A stretch of DNA of 36,226 bases from contig BQXS01012484.1 of assembly GCA_024181965.1 (NCBI GenBank), positions 1 to 36,226 of the forward strand. Reading direction: 5' to 3'. The notes under the pieces were generated by a model. It searched no databases and was not told the DNA's origin. It saw only the letters and a program-made list of their open reading frames with translations. This DNA is from Aduncisulcus paluster. Taxonomy: Eukaryota. The translations under genes were made by a program, and so were the position numbers. How positions within the stretch are numbered: position 1 is the stretch's first letter; the number at the start of each line of letters is the position of its first letter. Shown here one piece after another: positions 30,332 to 36,226 of this stretch.

Positions 30332-32803
30332 ATGAATCGTTTGTTCGAGAAATGGGAGCTATACGATCATTATGATAAATTAACTAAGACAAAAGAAAGT
30401 GTATCTGTCAAGAATTGGGTGGTGGGAGAAAGAAGTGAAAAAAAGCTTACAAATCAACATTTGGTTGGTTTAATGCATAAGAAGAAAGATAAAATGTCTA
30501 GAAAAATCCGTTGTAATTCAGAATATTCCCGTATGCCTCCTCGTATCCCTCCAACCTCATCTTTTGCATATGCTGTTGCTCCCACAAGGTCTGCCTCAAA
30601 GAAGAATTCAAAATCCCTTGAAAAAGAGTATGCTGATATGATTTTAGGGATGTCTTCAAAACAATCTGCTTCTCCGAGGACTTTAGAACTAACTCGGCCA
30701 AGATCTAGTGAAGCCATGAGTCCAAGAATTAGTTCTTTGCCTCAACTCACTCAATGTTCGCTTGCAGGTGCTATTCAAATGCAAAGAGTAGATTCTTTGT
30801 CACTTCCACTACCACCTAGGATTCGTCGTCATGGGGAAGAAAAACGAGCATCAAGGCATCAAAAAGAACGAGAAGCTCAAAGATTAATGATACAGGACCG
30901 TATTGACGAAGAAAAAAAGAAGAAGAAGAAAGGAGTTAACTCTGAACTGGGCTCGTTCTTCGGGAGTTTTGATACTGACATGATGTCTTCGTTATCTGGT
31001 GGCATGAGTGGATTTTCTTTTCGCTCCAGGAGTCCATCGGTCACTGAACTATTAACTAAACGTCCAACCAGGACAGGATCTCTGTCTCTTCTGCTTCCTC
31101 CTGCATCCAGCTCTCCAAAATCACAGTCATTTCGGCGTAAATCCTCAGATTCAACCCATCGCAAAACACAAACTGGATCTACTTCAGATGTTATGGAAAA
31201 GAAACAATATGTTTTTCAATCGTCTAAAAAAAGATTGTTATCCAGCAGCAAGCCTACTCCAATAAGTTCAAAAGATTCTGCTACCTATGATTCAACTTCG
31301 AAACAACTTCAATTCCTTACTCCCCCCAATGCTCGTTTCAGCGTTGACTCTCTCTCGTCCTCGTCTGCTCAAAAAGGACGATATCCTGACTTACCTCAGT
31401 ATTCTCATTCCATCGGCCGCCAACCCTCTCTTCTCTCCGCCCGTCTGCCCCCTTTCCGTCTGAATGCTGAGATAGGTTCTGACGATCAACGCTGTGCCTC
31501 TCTTCGACTCTCGTTCCTGTCTCGCTCCATGTGTCATGTTCTTGATATCGCTTATAGAGATAGTGCTATGTTTCAATCCACATCAGGAAACCCATCTAAA
31601 CGGCAGAAAGTACCCTCTCACAGGCTTCCTGCTCTTGATTCTCTAAATGTGAAGTTATTTGTCACTCCGCATATACAAAAGCTCAAACATGGTCGTCTGA
31701 GATCTGTGGCCAAGGACAAACGAATTGCCAAATGCATACCTGATGTTAGAGTGCTTAACAATGGTTATCTCTGCCTTCAGAGTCTCATAGATGTATACAA
31801 AGGGACAGTGGGAAATGCTATTTATGCCCAGCAACAATTAGCTTGGGAAGCCAAAGCCAGGGACCATGAGCTGAAGAGGAAGAAAAGGTCTGGATCCGCA
31901 TCATTTAAACCCAGTGATATTCACAGATATGGAATGTTCAGTGGAGAAGCTGAAGGATTGAGTTCTCCAACTCAACAATATTGCCTCTGTCATGATGATA
32001 ACAGTGACATTCTGAGTGAATATAGTGTTGAAGAGGAAGAGAGAGATGTTGTGGCTATAAAAGATCTTTCACAGCCAATGATACATTCTGATGGTGATGA
32101 AGATAAAAATATATCCAGTGCGACTCCAGGTTATTCAAACAGGAAAACAAGAGATCCAAAGATAGGTTCCTCGGTATCGATCCCTCAGTTTAAGATTGAC
32201 TCTGAGGATGATTCAAAATATGGTCCAAAAATAGATATTCAACATGACACCGATGATGTTTCCGAACAAGGAGAGGAACATTTACAAGGTCCCATGTTAG
32301 CAGATGTTCTTTGTACAATCTCTGAGAGTGTGAGCGATGATGATTTCGATGGTGGTGCCAATGCTCTCTCTGAACCTAAAGATAGAATTGAGAAAGATGG
32401 TAGGGGGATTTGGAGAACAGATTCAAGACTTGAATTTGAGAAACTTATTGATGTGGCCTGCGATGGATCTGATTTGTTTGAAAGCACAAACTCTCTGAAT
32501 TCTCTTACTACAAGTTCTTTGGGCTCTTCATCTTCTTCGTCCTTGCCTGAACTTTGTTCTGCCACATCCGCCTCCAAAGTTGACAAATTCACACCTATTA
32601 CTTCACTCCGACCTATTTTTAGCCTATCTCGAACTTCACACCGGGAGACGACTGATCACTATCTTGGAAATGTTATCGGATATGTTGTTAAGTGTATCGT
32701 CACTCACAAATCAAGGTCTGAAGAAGCTTCTTGCATCGTGTTCTTCGGCTCTGGTGAACTTCTGAAGGCCGCTGAGGAATACATTAACATATATGATTTC
32801 TAA
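30332..32803 (+). CDS. Hypothetical Ser-rich, largely low-complexity protein (823 aa); true start may lie upstream
   Basis: 2.5-kb ORF with basic N-half (KKKKKK and KRKKR clusters), acidic C-half and short ordered-looking segments. A possible intron 30206-30329 (GTAATT...CTAATGCAG) ends 2 nt before the ATG. Confidence 0.75.
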   Translation: MNRLFEKWELYDHYDKLTKTKESVSVKNWVVGERSEKKLTNQHLVGLMHKKKDKMSRKIRCNSEYSRMPPRIPPTSSFAYAVAPTRSASKKNSKSLEKEYADMILGMSSKQSASPRTLELTRPRSSEAMSPRISSLPQLTQCSLAGAIQMQRVDSLSLPLPPRIRRHGEEKRASRHQKEREAQRLMIQDRIDEEKKKKKKGVNSELGSFFGSFDTDMMSSLSGGMSGFSFRSRSPSVTELLTKRPTRTGSLSLLLPPASSSPKSQSFRRKSSDSTHRKTQTGSTSDVMEKKQYVFQSSKKRLLSSSKPTPISSKDSATYDSTSKQLQFLTPPNARFSVDSLSSSSAQKGRYPDLPQYSHSIGRQPSLLSARLPPFRLNAEIGSDDQRCASLRLSFLSRSMCHVLDIAYRDSAMFQSTSGNPSKRQKVPSHRLPALDSLNVKLFVTPHIQKLKHGRLRSVAKDKRIAKCIPDVRVLNNGYLCLQSLIDVYKGTVGNAIYAQQQLAWEAKARDHELKRKKRSGSASFKPSDIHRYGMFSGEAEGLSSPTQQYCLCHDDNSDILSEYSVEEEERDVVAIKDLSQPMIHSDGDEDKNISSATPGYSNRKTRDPKIGSSVSIPQFKIDSEDDSKYGPKIDIQHDTDDVSEQGEEHLQGPMLADVLCTISESVSDDDFDGGANALSEPKDRIEKDGRGIWRTDSRLEFEKLIDVACDGSDLFESTNSLNSLTTSSLGSSSSSSLPELCSATSASKVDKFTPITSLRPIFSLSRTSHRETTDHYLGNVIGYVVKCIVTHKSRSEEASCIVFFGSGELLKAAEEYINIYDF

Positions 32804-33707
32804 AAATAGAATATAGCTCGATTTTTTTTTTAAAATTACATTTTAAATATTTATTAATTTATATTTATTATATTCCTGACAACTTCTTAATATCTGAATA
32901 TTATATGTTGTTTATCTTATTTTTCTCTCTTCGGCGTTTATTTTTTTTCTATGATCTTCTATTTTTTCTAAATTTTTCTGTTGTTTTTCTCTTGGATGGT
33001 TCACCTTTTCATTGTAAAAATGTGAATTAAATTAATATAAATAATGTTAAATAATCCAAAATTTAAACTTTAATATGTCCGTTTTATCCATTGAATATTG
33101 TCATTATTTTTAGATCTTATTCTTTTTTCCCTTTTTTTTCCTATTATTCATATTTCTATTTTTACAGTCTTTCCAGGCTCCCTCTTATTTTATTTTATTG
33201 TTTTTCGCTCTGATATATATTACATTTCGTTCTACTTATGTGTGTATGGATTCTAGAGTTCTTGGTTTTGTCAGAGTCTGCAAAAATAGTCAAATTCTAG
33301 TGCATCATGTGGTACCTTTCCAAAATCTTCTATTTAAGTTAAAATTTCCAATTTGAATTTGCTATTATTTCAATAAAACTGAGAATCTACGAAATAATGC
33401 CACCATATACTATTCGGATTTCTTGCTACCACCTATTTGATGGGTTGACTGAAGATCTGAAGAATATGACCTTGATGGCAAAGAAAAGAAAGAGAAAAAA
33501 CTATTACTAAACTCATCATTGAGTGATAGACGAGATCTAACAGTAATCAAAACAAATAGACTCAGTTCCAATTTAGTAATGGTCTTATGCACTGCAGCAG
33601 TGACTGCTAATAGATATTTAGATCAGATTAAGCTGATCCATTATAATAAAATGTATTTTATACCTTATTAGTTACCAAAAGGTGATTCAATCATTCAAGT
33701 TCGGTTT

Positions 33708-33731
33708 TTCGGTAATTCCCGGTTTAGCCGG
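33708..33731. promoter_or_regulatory. 24-nt GC-rich motif, copy 1 (TTCGGTAATTCCCGGTTTAGCCGG); function unknown
   Basis: 23/24 identical to 36089-36112, same orientation, flanks unrelated. The repeat itself is certain; the regulatory role is a guess. Confidence 0.45.
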
Positions 33732-33840
33732 TCATTCAAAGTTTGAATTTCAATCGATAATACTTATTCGAAAAACCAGCTCAAAAATGAATACAGAAAT
33801 ATTAAATATTTATTTCGAACAAAAATGATATCATTCAGAC

Positions 33841-35205
33841 TCATTTCTCCTCTTCGGCATCTCCCTCTTCAGAATCTTCCTCATCCAACAAGAGAGCTGT
33901 AATTCCGAGTTCATCGTCTTGTTCTTTAGTTCTTTTATACTCTTCTTCAACCATTTCTGGATCATCCTCGGGGGCATAAAGGTTCTGAATATAACTACCA
34001 TTGGCAGGATCGTCAATGATTATTGTAAATGGTGTTTTTCCCTCCATAAGAAGGTCAAATTTCTCTAAAAAGGCAACAACCTTCTTTCTTTTCTCAGAGG
34101 TAGCGCTATCTCCGGAGAAAAAGGCCAATTCTCTCTTGAGTTGATCTTTTGATTTTTCGAGCAATCCTTCAATGGTTGTGAAAAATCCTCCAAGACTACC
34201 AGGCGTAATGGTCAATCCAAGCATCGGAACCTCAACACTGGCAGTCTCAGATTTAAGAACATCCCTAGACAAGTCGACAGGGTCTGTGATATTGAATGTA
34301 ATCTTCTTTCCTTTCTTGCTAATACCTCCCCCGGATTTGACTTCAACGTCTTTATATCCACACCTCTCACATTTCAAAGCCATCAGAACAATCTCTTTGA
34401 AGTGGGGAATGTTGGCGATAACCATACGTTGCTCACAACGAGAAGTACAGCTTGGACACTCAGTGTAGAAGCTCATGACCTCGGAGGAAGTGGTTACGTA
34501 TTCCTCAAGCTTCTCTTCAGAGGCTACATCGTGAGTAATGCATTGAGCTTTAGAGGCCTTCTCTTTCTTGGCTGAAAGGGCCTGGAAAGCTGCTTCTTGC
34601 TCGGGTTTAACACCGATCTCAAGACACTGCTCTTTGGTACGCACATAACGTGTAACCTTATATTCGTTTGGTATCTTTTTAACGGTTTCATCATCAAGGA
34701 CAAGATTTTCGACAAAAGAGTTTCCAGAAGGGTCATCAAGAATGACAGTAAAAGGAGATTTAAGATCTGTTAAATCATGGATCTTAGCTATTAATTCATC
34801 TATCTTTTTGGCAACTTCGGGCTGTTGGATATGACGAACAGGTTGAAGCTGACCCAATCCTTCAGCAGCAGCTCCAAGGATTCCCTCAACATTTGATAGG
34901 GAACCTTTTTGAGCTTCTTTTGGCATTTCAAGTCCAATCTCAGGAATAGTAATTGTAGCAAAGTCTCCTTTAACAACATGACGCAATAAATCAATAGGTT
35001 CAGAAATTTTAACAGAATAATGGACACCTTTATCTTGAATATCTTCCAAAGATTCAATAGTCTGGTTTGAAAAGTTGCAGTGAGGACAATAGAATGAAGA
35101 AAGGAGAACTTCTTTAAATCCAGGTACCATCGTCATACAGAGCCTAGTGGTCCCCTTTTCATGACAATTCATGCATAATGATTCAACTTCTTGAACTTCA
35201 GACAT
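33841..35205 (-). CDS. ZPR1: Zinc finger protein ZPR1 (454 aa)
   Basis: Two ZPR1 modules: ESLCMNC...FKEVLLSSFYCPHC...LDDPSGNSFVEN and CPSC...IPHFKEIVLMALKCERCGYK...DLSRDVLKSET...FTTIEGLL...DDPANGSYIQN, plus acidic tail. Confidence 0.96.
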   Translation of the reverse strand: MSEVQEVESLCMNCHEKGTTRLCMTMVPGFKEVLLSSFYCPHCNFSNQTIESLEDIQDKGVHYSVKISEPIDLLRHVVKGDFATITIPEIGLEMPKEAQKGSLSNVEGILGAAAEGLGQLQPVRHIQQPEVAKKIDELIAKIHDLTDLKSPFTVILDDPSGNSFVENLVLDDETVKKIPNEYKVTRYVRTKEQCLEIGVKPEQEAAFQALSAKKEKASKAQCITHDVASEEKLEEYVTTSSEVMSFYTECPSCTSRCEQRMVIANIPHFKEIVLMALKCERCGYKDVEVKSGGGISKKGKKITFNITDPVDLSRDVLKSETASVEVPMLGLTITPGSLGGFFTTIEGLLEKSKDQLKRELAFFSGDSATSEKRKKVVAFLEKFDLLMEGKTPFTIIIDDPANGSYIQNLYAPEDDPEMVEEEYKRTKEQDDELGITALLLDEEDSEEGDAEEEK

Positions 35206-35421
35206 AAGAAATAACTAAATAAGCTCGCAAATGCGAAGAAAATAGTGATTGCCAACTTCAATTGCCAATTAACGGTGTTTGAGTAAATTATCCTCTGAGA
35301 ACAATTATGAAATCTTATTCAAATATATCAGGGATAATTTTTAATGGTGATGTTCATGCGATTGTAGGGATTCATCACATCGATCAATTTGATTATTCAT
35401 CGAATGAATTATCAATTTTAT

Positions 35422-36036
35422 TTACAACTTTCCAACAAGCCAGTCCAATCCTTCTCTGATATCAGATCCATCTCCTTTAACAGCACTTGTTTCAAATATG
35501 GCCCAAGGTCTATCTTGATATTTTGGTAATCCCAAAGCCACTGAAACACGACCACCTGGAGCAGATCCAGGAACATCCTTCTTATTAGCAAAAACCAAAA
35601 GGGGGACACGTGCCAATTCGGGTTCTTTTAAAATATTTTCAAGTTCTCGTCTTGCAGAATCAAACCTGGATGTATCTGACGAATCAGCAACAAAAACAAC
35701 TGCATTTGCTCCCTTTGTATAACTTCTCCAATATGGTCTTATAACAGATTGCCCTCCTAAATCCCAACAACTTAGTTCGATCCCCTTTGTTTGAATTTTT
35801 TCTAGATTGAATCCGACTGTTGGAGCTGTTGGAACTATTTTACCAAGTTTCAATCGATATAATATTGAAGTTTTCCCAGCATTATCTAATCCAATTATTA
35901 TAATCCTTCTCTTTTTTGTCCAGCCTAACCAAGACAACATTGAACTCCATGCAGTGCCTAAAGAAGACAAATTAGATTAATTCAAGAATTATAACAAAAA
36001 TCCTATTTTCCAAAGAAATAAATCAAACATACCCAT
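35422..36036 (-). CDS. Arf-family small GTPase, Arl1-like (179 aa). Exons 36036-36033 (ATGG) and 35957-35422
   Basis: GLDNAGKT, PTVGFN, WDLGGQ..IRPYWR, NKKD, TSA motifs. Splicing gives MGTAWSSMLSWL, i.e. myristoylatable Gly2 plus an amphipathic helix. ILYRL and IRPYWR point to Arl1, but the subfamily is not certain. Confidence 0.9.
35958..36032 (-). other. Spliceosomal intron (75 nt, phase 1) after ATGG of the Arf-family gene
   Basis: Minus strand ATGG|GTATGT...ATCTAATTTGTCTTCTTTAG|GCACT, with a CTAAT branch-like site. Confidence 0.9.
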
Positions 36037-36088
36037 TATATTTCTGTGTTCTATTGATATCCCGTCCAAAATGACACTCCTTACTTTA

Positions 36089-36112
36089 TTCGGTAAATCC
36101 CGGTTTAGCCGG
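36089..36112. promoter_or_regulatory. 24-nt GC-rich motif, copy 2 (TTCGGTAAATCCCGGTTTAGCCGG), 53 nt upstream of the Arf ATG
   Basis: 23/24 identical to 33708-33731. Contains the CCGGT-TTA-GCCGG hairpin/dyad. Confidence 0.45.
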
Positions 36113-36226
36113 ATATTGAGCAAGACATGCTCCAAACAAGAAAAAATAAAGACAAAAAGAAAATAATGGGCAAAAAACATATAGTCAGCAACAAATCATA
36201 TAGAGTAGAGGTTAAACCATTGTGAT

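Overview
Gene-dense, intron-poor eukaryotic DNA using the standard genetic code (TAA, TAG and TGA all serve as stops). Intergenic regions are short and AT-rich, and the three introns I could reconstruct are short phase-1 GTATGT...AG introns. Gene content (TTLL1, Arl1-like GTPase, ZPR1, GEX1-like) and style suggest a flagellated protist, possibly a free-living metamonad/fornicate; that taxon is inference only. In order: degenerate kinesin-like coiled-coil protein, tRNA-Cys(GCA), AT-rich hypothetical, 6-TM-type membrane protein, Firmicutes-like cytidine deaminase followed by a ~0.3-kb tandem-duplication patch, IQ-motif pseudokinase, GEX1/KAR5/Brambleberry-like protein, tRNA-Ser(UGA), small charged protein, TTLL1, a single ABCC/MRP transporter split by an N-gap and a 5x ~480-bp repeat (probably assembly artefacts), DHA2-type MFS transporter, large Ser-rich hypothetical, ZPR1 and an Arl1-like GTPase with a 4-nt first coding exon. 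I see no clear-cut novel multi-gene system. The best leads are the pseudokinase-IQ fusion, the GEX1-like gene, the probably inactive kinesin, a possible laterally acquired cluster next to tRNA-Cys, and a near-identical 24-nt GC-rich hairpin motif found twice in intergenic DNA.
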